Notes under the pieces: model-generated
What the model saw: only the letters and a program-made list of their open reading frames with translations
Told to the model about the DNA's origin: nothing
Database searches by the model: none
Shown here: piece after piece, positions 1 through 11,700 of the stretch
Layout of the letters: every line of letters starts with the position of its first letter
Position numbering within the stretch: the first letter of the stretch is position 1
Source of the DNA: Guillardia theta CCMP2712
Taxonomy: Eukaryota > Protista > Cryptophyta
Assembly (NCBI RefSeq): GCF_000315625.1
Contig: NW_005434672.1
Span: 899,374 to 963,373, forward strand
DNA length: 64,000 nt
Direction of reading: 5' to 3'
Program-made: the position numbers and the translations under genes

Positions 1-261
1 AGGACCTTCACCTGTTACTTGCTATCCTGGGCTCGCATCTTCCAATCCACTCGCTGACTTGTGCAGTCATAGATTCCTCCCACTCCTGAACATTCATATT
101 TGTGTTGTACTGTATCGCCGTCGTCTTGATATTGCTTCCAAACACCATCCTTCTTTCATTTGGTGTCCTGCATTTCAATTTCCTACCTTAGAGCCAGATT
201 TTCGCGCCCTCTCATCTTTTAAGCAACGGCCCATGCGACCTCAGAAACTACATTGACCAAA

Positions 262-2727
262 ATGTGGCGTCATGCCATACTGCAGCTTTACCTGGTGCTT
301 GCCATGACTGTGAGGCAAGTTTGCAATGCACCAGTCATCACCAGTATACGTCCGAGCAACATGCCAGCAGTTGGGGGAGGTGATACGACCTTCCTTGTCA
401 TCGGGGGATCAAACTTCGGTTTCACAACGAGCAACATCATGGTTGGCATCGGCACATCCTTCTCCTCGGAAGTTTCCAATGCTGTAGACTCGCTCGTGAT
501 CTGCAAGATTCCTGCAGGAACAGGAGCAGGCCTTGATGTGTTCGTGAACGTCTCTGGTGCAGTCACCACACTGCTCAAGTCCTTCAGTTATGATCCGCCG
601 ATCGTCACCTCACTCAACCCCAACAACGTCCCAACTGCTGGCTCAACGTCGCGGGTGCTCGGGAAGAACTTTGGAGTTGCGAATGTGTCTCCGGTCATTC
701 AGATGGCAGGAGTCTCTCTTCAGTCTTCATGGACGTCCGATTCTAGCGTGCAAATCGTAGTTCCTCCAGGCGCTGGAGGAATGAAGTCACTAAGTATTGG
801 AGTTTCAAATCAGGTCTATACTGCTGTCAATGCGCTGTCATACAGTGCTCCAGCAACCAATCAGGTACAACCCCCAGTTGTCGAGACGATAGGAGAGCTT
901 GTCTCTGTTTCAGGATCCTTCTTCGGGGTGGTCGATTACACCGTATCTTCAAAAAGCGGTTTTACATATTCAGAATTCACACAATGGATGTCCGATTCAT
1001 TTATATATTGCAAAGTTGCCAGAGGGGCAGGCTGCTGTATGGATCTGTCTGTCACAGTATCTAATCAGGAGGGTGTCAAAGCAGCTGCCACTTCCTTCTA
1101 TGCCCCTGCCTTGGGAGCATTTCAGAAAGATCCGCTCTCAACAACGATCACAACATTGCTGAATCTAGATGGATCAAGCTTTGGTATGTTTGATTTTACT
1201 ATGCAGGCTCGTATTGGGCGGTCAGCTGGTGTCTCAACACGATGGAGCTCAGAGACATCCTGCGTTGTCTTGTCCTCACGGGGAGTTGGAGGAGCACTGC
1301 TAGTTGTTGCGAGTGTGGCAAGACAGTCCGGAACATCGAGCTCCGCGTTGACCTACGTCTCGCCAAAGCTCAGCGCCGTCTCTCCTGTGGTTGGGTCACC
1401 TTTGGGTGGTTTTGTATTGTCTCTGACAGGTAGTTCCTTCGGAAGTGACGACTACTCCCCTCTTGTACTAGTTGGGATGTCCACATGTCAGACTTACTTT
1501 GTATCGGACTCTAGCACGAGAGTTGTCGTCAAGAGCGGAGTGGGGGCGAATCTTGCTGTCTCCATCTCATCTCAAGGTCAAGTAGGGATATGGAACAACT
1601 TCTTCTCCTACCAAGCACCCAATGTCACTTCGATCAGTCCTGCTAACTCGCCTACCGCCGGGTCTCTTCAGATCTCGATCTTAGGGAGCAATTTTGGGTC
1701 AAGTTCTCAACCGGATCAGAACATTGTTATTGGAAAAACTTCTTGCACTCTTACTCTCTGGAAATCAGATTCATCCATGACGTGTGTCACGCCAAGAGGT
1801 ACTCGATCCGGTCTGGACGTCAGCGTGAGGAGCGGGGGGCTAGTCGGGACATTCACAGCAGGGTTCTCCTTCGACCGTCCTGTGATAGAGTCAGTCTTTC
1901 CTGGTGTAACTGCCACCGCAGGAGGGCAGAGTATAACCGTCATTGGCAAAAACTTCGGAATCTTCGGGAGCTCGCAGGTCACAGTGAAGGTGGGATACAC
2001 AACCTGCTCCTCCTCTGCTTACGGTTTGAATGAGTACATGTTGATCTGTGTTCTTGCTCCCGGAGCTGGTATAATGCTACCAGTCTATGTGGCACTGGAC
2101 GGAGGCTCCTTTACAGGGCAAGTGAACGCGTTCTCATACTCGCCTCCAACACTGCAGGCTGTAAATCCATCCATCCTCTTGCCTGCTGGTCGTCTCAAGC
2201 TCACGCTCTCGGGCCAAGGATTCGGAACCGGATCGGACAGTCAGAGCGCTGCTGTTCAGTCAACTGTCTCCCGGACCACCTTCTGGATTTCTGATTCTTC
2301 TCTTCCGTTCTTGTATGCTGCAGGAGTAGGGAGCGGTCAATCGGTGAGCGTGTCAGTGGGAGATCAAAGGCACTCGCTCAAGAATATCGCTTCGTTCTCG
2401 ATCCCTCTGCTAAGCTCCACCCAGCCTTCCAATGTGCCTTCGCTGCTTCCGACTGTGGGGATAGCAGGACAATGCTTCGTGGCGTTCGACACGAGTGGAG
2501 CCGTAAGGGTGCAGGGGCAGATGAACGGGAGAGGAAGCGCTTCTATGACTTCTCAGTGGACTTCTGATTCAAGTTTACTCTGCAAGCTCAGCTCGGGAGC
2601 CGGAGTCCTGATTTCAGTGCAAGTCACGATCTCTTCGTTCTTCAATTCCATCTCCTCGTCTCTCAGCTTCGATCTTGCCAAAGTCAAATCAGGTCTCCCT
2701 TTCCAAATCTTCCCAAGAGCGGGATGA
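262..2727 (+). CDS. N-terminal part of giant IPT/TIG-repeat surface protein (signal peptide plus about 9 IPT/TIG-like repeats); continues in the -1 frame into 2724..36512
   Basis: First ATG is at 262, followed by the hydrophobic leader MWRHAILQLYLVLAMTVRQVCNA. Repeats of about 85-90 aa carry P-x-N-x-P-x-x-G, G-x-N-F-G, W-x-S-D-S-x-x-x-C, P-x-G-x-G and F-S-Y/F-D. The last repeat is completed by the next ORF in another frame. Confidence 0.8.
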   Translation: MWRHAILQLYLVLAMTVRQVCNAPVITSIRPSNMPAVGGGDTTFLVIGGSNFGFTTSNIMVGIGTSFSSEVSNAVDSLVICKIPAGTGAGLDVFVNVSGAVTTLLKSFSYDPPIVTSLNPNNVPTAGSTSRVLGKNFGVANVSPVIQMAGVSLQSSWTSDSSVQIVVPPGAGGMKSLSIGVSNQVYTAVNALSYSAPATNQVQPPVVETIGELVSVSGSFFGVVDYTVSSKSGFTYSEFTQWMSDSFIYCKVARGAGCCMDLSVTVSNQEGVKAAATSFYAPALGAFQKDPLSTTITTLLNLDGSSFGMFDFTMQARIGRSAGVSTRWSSETSCVVLSSRGVGGALLVVASVARQSGTSSSALTYVSPKLSAVSPVVGSPLGGFVLSLTGSSFGSDDYSPLVLVGMSTCQTYFVSDSSTRVVVKSGVGANLAVSISSQGQVGIWNNFFSYQAPNVTSISPANSPTAGSLQISILGSNFGSSSQPDQNIVIGKTSCTLTLWKSDSSMTCVTPRGTRSGLDVSVRSGGLVGTFTAGFSFDRPVIESVFPGVTATAGGQSITVIGKNFGIFGSSQVTVKVGYTTCSSSAYGLNEYMLICVLAPGAGIMLPVYVALDGGSFTGQVNAFSYSPPTLQAVNPSILLPAGRLKLTLSGQGFGTGSDSQSAAVQSTVSRTTFWISDSSLPFLYAAGVGSGQSVSVSVGDQRHSLKNIASFSIPLLSSTQPSNVPSLLPTVGIAGQCFVAFDTSGAVRVQGQMNGRGSASMTSQWTSDSSLLCKLSSGAGVLISVQVTISSFFNSISSSLSFDLAKVKSGLPFQIFPRAG

Positions 2728-5700
2728 CCCGTGTCAGCCTTGTCGGCCTCAACTTTGCAGGTGCTGACTACACGCCGTCTTTACGGATCGGGCAGACAGC
2801 CTGCTGGAGTAATGTATGGAACTCAGACACGAATCTCGTGTGCGGGGTACCTGCTGGCCTAGTCGCGGAGCGTGTGATCGTCACCATCCTGAATACCGTG
2901 GGATCTTCAGCTGACGCGCTCTCGTTTGACTTGCAGACCGTCACGTCGTCCTCAAGGTACAACCTCCGGTCAGACGTTGTCAACTCCTTGACCCTCTTGG
3001 GGGCATCTTTTGGGTATTGGCAGCCAAACACATTTCAGGTGTCGGTGGGTTTTTCCCCATGCGCCTCCACAGTATGGAAGAGCAGTTCCTCGCTTACATG
3101 CCTTGTGCGTCAAGGAGTTGGTTTGGCAGCTGATGTGCAGGTATTGGTTGAGTCTTCTGTTCAGATTCAGAGGAAGTTCTTCTCTTATGAGTCACCGACA
3201 ATTTCAAATGTGAAAGGGGCAAACCTGGCAACAAACTCGATCGCGGCATTATCAATCTATGGTTCGGGATTTTCCCAGGTAGATTACACTATTCAAGCTC
3301 GAACTGGCAGAACTCGAGCGCAGGCGACAACATGGTTCTCACAAACCAGTGCAGTCTGTCTTGCTCAAGCGCAAATCCGTACCAGTCTGCAATTGCTGAC
3401 CACATTACAAGTCTCGTTGGGAACCCTCTCAAACGTCATCTCCTTTGATGCAATCCAAGTCACGAGTGTAAATAGTGTAAATTTGAGTCAAGTACCGACT
3501 ATTCTTTTATTTCTTTCGTCAAATTATCTGTACAATACGTTCAAAGACATGACCCTCAAGACGGCTGTTGGTTCCACTTCGTCCCCCTATACAGTCTGGT
3601 CTACGAGCTCGCAAGTCACATGTAAAGGTTCATCTACAGCATCAGCATCTCAAAGAATTACATTATCTCTGTCTAATCCTCTGCTTAGCTCTCTTTCCTC
3701 AGCCTTCTCGTTCAATCCAATCAATCTGTTGCAGTCTCAAAATCGACTCGAGAGCATAACGACATATTTCTATGCAGTCGGCCTTGCTTATGAAGATCAC
3801 TCCCTCGCTCTTCGAGTCGGTGTGACTAGTGCACAACAGACAGCTTGGAGATCCTACACGGCGATGCAAGTGAAAGTCAGTTCCAGTGTAGGCAGAGAAG
3901 TTCGTCTCATCGCTTCTGCTTCTTCGGTCTTGGCGACATCTTCTAGTTCCAATGAGTTCACACTGCCGCTGGCCAGCTCGACCTCACCCTCCAACAGCCC
4001 TCCAGCTGGAGTCTCACTGATCGCATTCCTTGGCACTTCTTATGGATCAACCTCGTACTCGCAGTCAGTCCGTGTAGGCCCATCTGAGAGCGTTAGGACC
4101 ATCTGGACATCGGCATCGTCAATCGCGTCTATTCCTTCTTTCTCCATGTCAAATGCCATGAATGTCGTCATCACTTCAGGATTACAAGCCGGCACTGCCT
4201 TCCGCTTTTTCTCATTCGATGCTATTTCCATCTCTTCAGTTCATGTACAAAACATCCCAAATTCTGGTAATCGCCTTGTTTCTTTCTCTGGATCTTCATA
4301 TGGATCTTCATCGTATACTCTCCGCCCAAGTTTATCGTTTTCTGTCCTTCAAACTGCGTCATGGACGTCTGACACAGCCATTGTATGTAAGGTCATTGCC
4401 GGCGTCGGCAACAAGTTGCCGTTTGCTGTCGCTCAAGGGTCCGCCTACACTAACACAGGAACTATCTCAGATGTGATTTCCTTCGACTCTCCCCAGCTGA
4501 GCGGCAGCAGCAAGCAGAATATGCCGCAAATAGCTCCCTCCCTTGTCACGATCTTCAGCTCTGTCGGGTTCGGATCTGCTGACTACAGTTCTATCCTTGT
4601 TCTTTTGAATGGCAAGCAAGTCTTGTCCTCACTGTGGACCTCAGACAGTTCAATAACTTGTCAATTGGCACCAGGAGAAGGAGAAGGTCTCAACTTTGCA
4701 GTTCAATTCCAGAATGAAATTTCCTTTGTCACTCAAATGTTTACCTTTGATGCCCCTGCAGTGTCAGCTGCTCTTCGTTCCAACCTTGCGTCAAACAGAC
4801 ATTTCTCAATACTTGGATACAACTTTGGAGTCGTCGATCTTTCTATCAAGGTATGCGTTGGTACATTAAGCCAAAAGACGATTTGGCAGTCCGTCACCAG
4901 TCTGGTTGCCATCGCTGAACAGAGAGCCAGGACGAGTGTGTCTCTGATTGTGACTACTTGGCAGAGAGAGGGCACGCTCTCCTCTTCTGTTTCGTATGCT
5001 GTACCAGTCTTGTCAACACTGTATGCTGGGAACGGCCCTGTGGTCACTTTGAATCCTCTTGTCTTGTTTGAGTCTTCAACAAGCTCAACCCCGCTTTCTG
5101 AATCAATGCGGATTGGTTTCACTGCATGTGAAAGGACTCTTTGGATATCAGGGACTCAAATTGCTGGAAAGGTGTCTTCTGGCGTTTCAAAGTCAGCAGG
5201 CATTGTTGTAACTTATTGTTTGTCTTCAAATAGTCTGTCTCATGCGTATTCCTACGATTTGTCTGCACAGGTTGACAGAGTGAATATCCCCGTAGCAGGC
5301 GCAATGATCGTTTCTTTTCCTCTTCTGACATTCCAACCTCTGTGCTATACACCGACAGTTCGGATGGTCTCAGCGCTTCAGAGCACGAGATGGAGCTCCA
5401 CTTCAAGCATCTCATGCTCTGTGAGGATGCTGCCCGGGAGAACACTGTCAGTTCAAGTTACGATTGGGCGAAGTATCGTGACTGTCACGGAGGCAACAAG
5501 CTTTGATACAAGTGCGATGTCCTCTATTTCGACCACAAACTCTTTTTCACGAGGTCAAACACTGTACATTTACAGCAAACCCTTGTCCTTGAATCTTGAA
5601 AGCACCCTTGCATTAAGAATAGGTCCATCGAAGGTCTTGGAAACACTGTGGTTGTCTTCAACCAGTCTGTCTGGGAGGGCTGCATTCGCATACGCTCGGA

Positions 5701-8700
5701 GTCAATCTCTCTCTCTCTCTGTTGCATCGCTTCAGAGTTCAACCAGCCAAGTGTTTTCGTATGACTCCGTTCAGTTGTCCTCTGCAATTCGCGGTAATAT
5801 CTTCAGTACCGGTGTGATTGCGATAAATTTCAGAGCGCTGGCTATCGAAGTGTTTTCTCTTACAGCTTCTGTGAGGGTAGCCTCTACTGTTTCCTCCCGC
5901 TCCATGTGGACGAGTGACTCCGCCGTCCAAGCTCTCGTCTCCTCTGGTGTCGGCGGCTCCCTATCCCAGATGCTCACCGTCGTCCTGCAAGTCTCCTCTC
6001 TCTCTCAGCTTCTCAGCTACGATCGGCCTACGCTCGCGTCAAGACCGGCCAACTCTCCCACCACAGGGAACGTGGACCTGCAGCTGTCGGGGGCGGGGCT
6101 GGGGAACTTCGATGCTTGTCCTGTTGCTCAGGTGGAGCGTTTTGTGTGTCGGGCGTCAATGTGGAAGTCAGACTCGTCGATGGTGTGCAGGGTGAATGAG
6201 GGGGCAGGAGCAGGGCTGGATATCAGCGTGAAGGTAAAGGAGCAGGTCGGTACTCTCAGCTCTGCCGTTTCGTTTGACACCGGAATCATTCTTGCGGTTT
6301 CACAAGCAAATTTTCCTTCCTCAGGGAACTCGATCGTATCTTTGATTGGAGTCAACCTTGGAGCTTTTTCTATGACATCTTATGCTCGAGTCGGAGGGAC
6401 AGCATGTCAATACACCGTCTTTCAAAGTCAAAGTCAAATATGGTGCAAGGTAGCTGCTGGAGTCGACCAAAACATGCAAACTCTTGTGTCTGTGGCCTTT
6501 CAGCAGTCTCAAGCTCTGGCGCAGACTCTTTCCTATGATATAGGATCAGCCTCAAGTCAAGGGTTGGTGTCCTCAACCACTGGGAATAACGTGGTGGAAA
6601 CTGTTGGAGCATACCTGGGAACATATGATTCGTCGGTGCGATCGAGAGTAAGTCAGACTGAAATGCAAGCTACTCGATGGGTTTCCGACACATGCTTGCA
6701 AGGAATCTGTCCGGCAGGTGAGGGGCGAGGTCTGAGACTGGTGATTTCGATCGGGGCTAGACATTCGACCATGTCAGAATCGATTTCTTTCGCTAGTGTT
6801 GTATTCGTGGACAAAGGGCTAAACTTTGTAGTGTCTGTTACGTCGTATCTTGCTGCCGGTCATTCGTTCGCCCCGTTTGATACCACATCACAAGTTAGAT
6901 TGCAGCACACTGCTAGTGTACCCACCCATTGGTTTTCAGACTCTTCTCTCTCCTGTCTGTTGCCATATACCACTGGAGGGGGAAAGAAAATGATCATGAC
7001 CATTCATGGAAATACGGAGACGTCCAGAGATTTTATATCGTTTGACCTACCTGTGTTCTCTGTAACGCAGGTGGTGAATTTGCGGGCCACTCGGTCAAAC
7101 TTCTTCGTCACTGGGAAGGGATTTCCAATGTACGATCTCTCTGTTTCTGCCTCCATCAGCGGATCCAGTGGTGAGGTGACGATTTGGACAAGTGCTACAA
7201 CCGTTCATGGCATTTTCAGTGGTCAGACTCTAGCTTCAGGGTCGATCTCTCTTACAATGAGCGGCATAAAGGCAACAGTCAGTGAGGCGTTCTCCATGGA
7301 TGTCCTCAAAATCAGTTCGATCGCTCGATTGAACTATGGTCCTCAGATGTTCGGTGATATGTTGATAGGAACAAGCTTGTCACGTACAACATTTTCACCT
7401 GCAACAAGAATTGGAGGAACATCCATGCCAGTTTCGAAATGGATCTCATCTTCAGTCTTGACATGCAGAGCAACTCCAATGGAGAGGCGTTCTCTTTCTG
7501 TGTCCTTTACAACTAACGGAGCAGCAACCAGCATCACAGAAAGTCTGTCATTCGAGCAGTCGTTTTTAACTTCCACTTTGCAGCAAAATTTAGATGTTCG
7601 AGGCAATTCTTATTTGGTAATATTTGGAGCTTTTTCGGAGCATTCGATGAAAACCCGTGTTGCATCATCAGCTTGTCGTTCGACTGTATGGCAGTCAGAC
7701 TCAGTTGTTAACTGTAACTTCGTCATACAAACTCCTCGTTCCATGGCTTCGATCATCTCTGCCGCCTTGAGCAGTATTCATTCCATCACAAACTCATTGA
7801 GTTATGACAGCTTTGTTCTTGACTCATACCTTTCGAGTCAAAACAATGTAATCAACCTTAATTCCATATCTGTTCCCTTCGGCCTCATAGCACAGGCTAC
7901 TGTTAGACTGCGAATGGGATTTTCAAATGCAGAGAGCTCGGTCTGGAGATCGGCCACTTCACTTGAAATCAAAAGTGTGATTGAGAACGGCAGAAGTTTG
8001 GCATTATGCTTGACATCGAGTAGCTTGTACACAAGTACGAATACCCATACGTTTGATCTGTACGTCTCCTTCCAATCGGTGATATCCTCGTCGAATTTTC
8101 CAATTTTGGCAGCGACAAAAATCATAGGCAAGGGTTTTGCTCTTTCTGATAAGAGCATTGGATCCCGAATTTCTTCTACATCATCGGCATCCACAAATTG
8201 GATATCAGATTCTAGTGTCACTTCTACTTACACTTCGTACGCCTTCCGGACATTCTCTACCGTCATCACCATGTCTGCTGTGACCAACACCTTATCTCAA
8301 GCTTTGACTATGGACGCTCCAATCATTGATGGTATTGCACTTTCATCAACGAATATTGTGAAACAAAAATCGATCCAACTTCTATCTCTTGCTTACATGG
8401 ACGATGTTAGGAGCGCAAGTGTTCGGGTCGGCAGTACAAGTTCTCTATCCACTGCATGGAACAGTTCATCGTATGTCTTCTGCAAAATAGCAGCAGGCGC
8501 TGGCCACAGCAAAGGCATCTACCTCTCCATCCATTCCCTCGTCTCCTCCGCTTCTAGTGCCGTCTCCTATGACACTCTCGCGATCTCCTCCGGCCTCAAT
8601 CAGACGCGCTCGACGGCAAACACCCGAGGAGTCCTTCTCTCGCAGCTGCTACCGCCGGACTCGCTGCAGGTCGTGTCCTCGTACTCGGCGTCGACGAGGA

Positions 8701-11700
8701 TCGGACGCACGTCCTGTGAGTCCACGGGCTGGATATCAACCAGCGAGGTGCGCGTGCAAGCCCATGCTCACGGTCGGCAAAGCATGAGCCTGTCCATCAC
8801 GTGCGGGCGCGGGGCTTCGACTGTGTCAGAGCTGCTGACGTATAGCGCTGTCACCGTGAGTAGCGTGCAGTCAGTCAACGCAGGCTCAAGATCGACATTT
8901 CTGATTGCTTCTCTGTCGAGAGTCAGCAGCTCCGCAGCAGGACGCGTCGGCTCGACAGGATGCGAGATCTCTACATGGCTGTCCGTGACGTCAGTGAGCT
9001 GTATCTGTGCGAGAGGTCGGAGCCAGCTCGGCACGCAGGCGGTAGCGTTGACCATCAGTCAAGCGACGGGAAGCGTGAGCGGCAGCGTGAGCTTCGACAC
9101 ACAGCAGATCACGGGAGCAGAGCGCGGCAACCGGTACATGGGGATGGTCAGGTCGGTCATCGTCGGGGCTGTCGGGGCTGTCGGGGGGGCAGCGTCTGTA
9201 TCAGCGAGTCTGCGACAAGGGAGCACAGCATGCGAGCGATCCTTGTGGATATCAGGCTCCTCTCTCGCAGGGCGCACGGCGAGCGGGCAAGCAGGGAGCA
9301 TGCGGGTGGTGGCGAGTGTTGCGGGTCAACCTGCGTCTACGTCGCGTGCCGCGAGCTACGATGTACCGATGACGTCCGAGGCGTTGAGGACAAACGTGGG
9401 AGGCCAAGGAGGGGCGAAGTCGGTGCAAGTGTGGGGCCAGGGGTACGGGCCTTCGGCATCAGCATCAGTGGGGAGGAGCTCATGCGAGAGGTCGGGGTGG
9501 CTGTCGGACACGGCGATACAGGGGACGACGTCAGGAGAGGGCTACGGGGGGACGAGAGGGGTGATAGTGAGCAGTGGGAGACAGGTAGGAACGCGCTCAG
9601 CAAGTGTATCATATGATGCCGAGCGATTGTTATCCTTGATATTCAGTGGGAACTCATTCTTTCCTGGACAAGGCAATCTTATGTTGCCACTCAAAACGTT
9701 TATTCGTTTTTCTTCGTCGTCCAACTTCAACAAAGTTTCCCTTGGTATTCGGACTGGTTTCACTGTTTCCTCCCGCTCCATGTGGACGAGTGACTCCGCC
9801 GTCCAAGCTCTCGTCTCCTCTGGTGTCGGCGGCTCCCTATCCCAGATGCTCACCGTCGTCCTGCAAGTCTCCTCTCTCTCTCAGCTTCTCAGCTACGATC
9901 GGCCTACGCTCGCGTCAAGACCGGCCAACTCTCCCACCACAGGGAACGTGGACCTGCAGCTGTCGGGGGCGGGGCTGGGGAACTTCGATGCTTGTCCTGT
10001 TGCTCAGGTGGAGCGTTTTGTGTGTCGGGCGTCAATGTGGAAGTCAGACTCGTCGATGGTGTGCAGGGTGAATGAGGGGGCAGGAGCAGGGCTGGATATC
10101 AGCGTGAAGGTAAAGGAGCAGGTCGGTACTCTCAGTCAAGTGTTCTCGTACGACGGACCAGCAGTGTTCCGAGCAATTCCTTCCTTCTCAGATACTGTCG
10201 GTAACTCGATCATCTTCGTCGAGGGGCTGAATTTCGGTTGGTCTTTTGCAAAGATTGAGGTTTGGGTTGGCAGTTGGGCATGCACAAATGTTCAATTTAT
10301 TCGCCAGGACTTGCTGAGTTGTACCACACCCGCCGGGTTCGGGCGTGATCTACCCATCCGCGTTCGAACAGGAGGACAGGAGACGTTTACGGCTAGACTC
10401 TTTTCTTACCTTCCTCCCACTCTATCAGGGGTGTTGTCCAACTATGGACCAAGCTCCGGCGGAGGCATTGTAACTTATTTCGGGAAATATTTCGGATATG
10501 AAAATTGCTCTCCTCAAGCATATTTTGGTGGAACTATCTGTGCAACAAGCTTGTGGACATCTGATTCTGCTGTCACGTGCTTTTTAAACGGTGGATACGG
10601 GTCCCTTTCGGGTCTGAGTCTCAATGTTCAAAACCAGACGACAACGTCGCTGATTTTTGCGGCAGGATACATTCCACCAACCGTTTCCACAGGATCACGT
10701 CAGAATCAACCGGCAACGGGTGCGGTTCTAATATCAATTGCTGGTCGGGATATGTCAATTGCATCTTATACACCTGCATCAAGAATCATCGGAACATCGT
10801 GTCCTCAAACTCTTTGGAGGTCTGACACTAGTATTGTATCCATGTCAGCACGGTCTGGTATGATGTCATCAAATAGTGTTCTGGTAGCCTCCATCGGGGC
10901 GATACGATGTAGTTTGACAGAGTCGGTTTCATATTCAAAGCCTGATTCCTACATCTTGCCAGGTGCTCCCGGCAACACAATTGCCAAAGTTGCGTCATCC
11001 GTGCTTTTTACTTCATCATCTATGGACTGTTCATTGAAGGCCAGGATGGGAGCGACGTCTTCACAGATGACCCTTTGGAGTTCGTATAGTAGCTTGTCAA
11101 CAAAATTCCAAAGGTCTTCTGGGGCATCCAACTCTCTGATCGTGACGATGGGAATCCAAAGCGGTACTGCATCTGCTGTTCTATCTTACGACATGCTATC
11201 TTTGACAGCGTCGTCTCAGTACAATCTAGTTGAATATAGATGGGCGATTCTGTTTGTAAAGCCCCAAGTCTTCAAGTTCGAACCTTTGCTTGACATCTCC
11301 TCTGCAATAAGAGCTGGAGTCACAAATTCCCAAGCAACCAGTTGGGTTTCCTCCTGTTCAATCTCGTGTAAATTTGCCACATTGTCAAGTCACAGCAAGC
11401 AGGTAATTTTGTCAGTGTCGCAAACGTCGCAAAGTCTGACGGAAATCATTTCCTACGACAAGTGCAAAGCAAGCACCTTGTCCCGAACCAACTTTCTTGC
11501 TGATCCCTCTGATCTTATTTTTACAATCAGCGGCTTGAATTTCGGTGCGTTCGATTCATCGGTCTCTATGTCCATTGGCAATAGCAGAAATCAGTTTTCG
11601 GAATGGAGCTCCGAGACGAATGTTTTCAGCAAAGTTGCTCCATTCACGGTTCACACGATGAGTTTGATATGCTCCATTGATGGTCTGGTAGGTAGTGTAT

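Noticed and set aside
2724-2727. ATGA stop/start overlap as bacterial-style translational coupling of two genes
   Set aside because: The context is eukaryotic, the break falls inside one IPT repeat, and ORF2 has no signal peptide of its own
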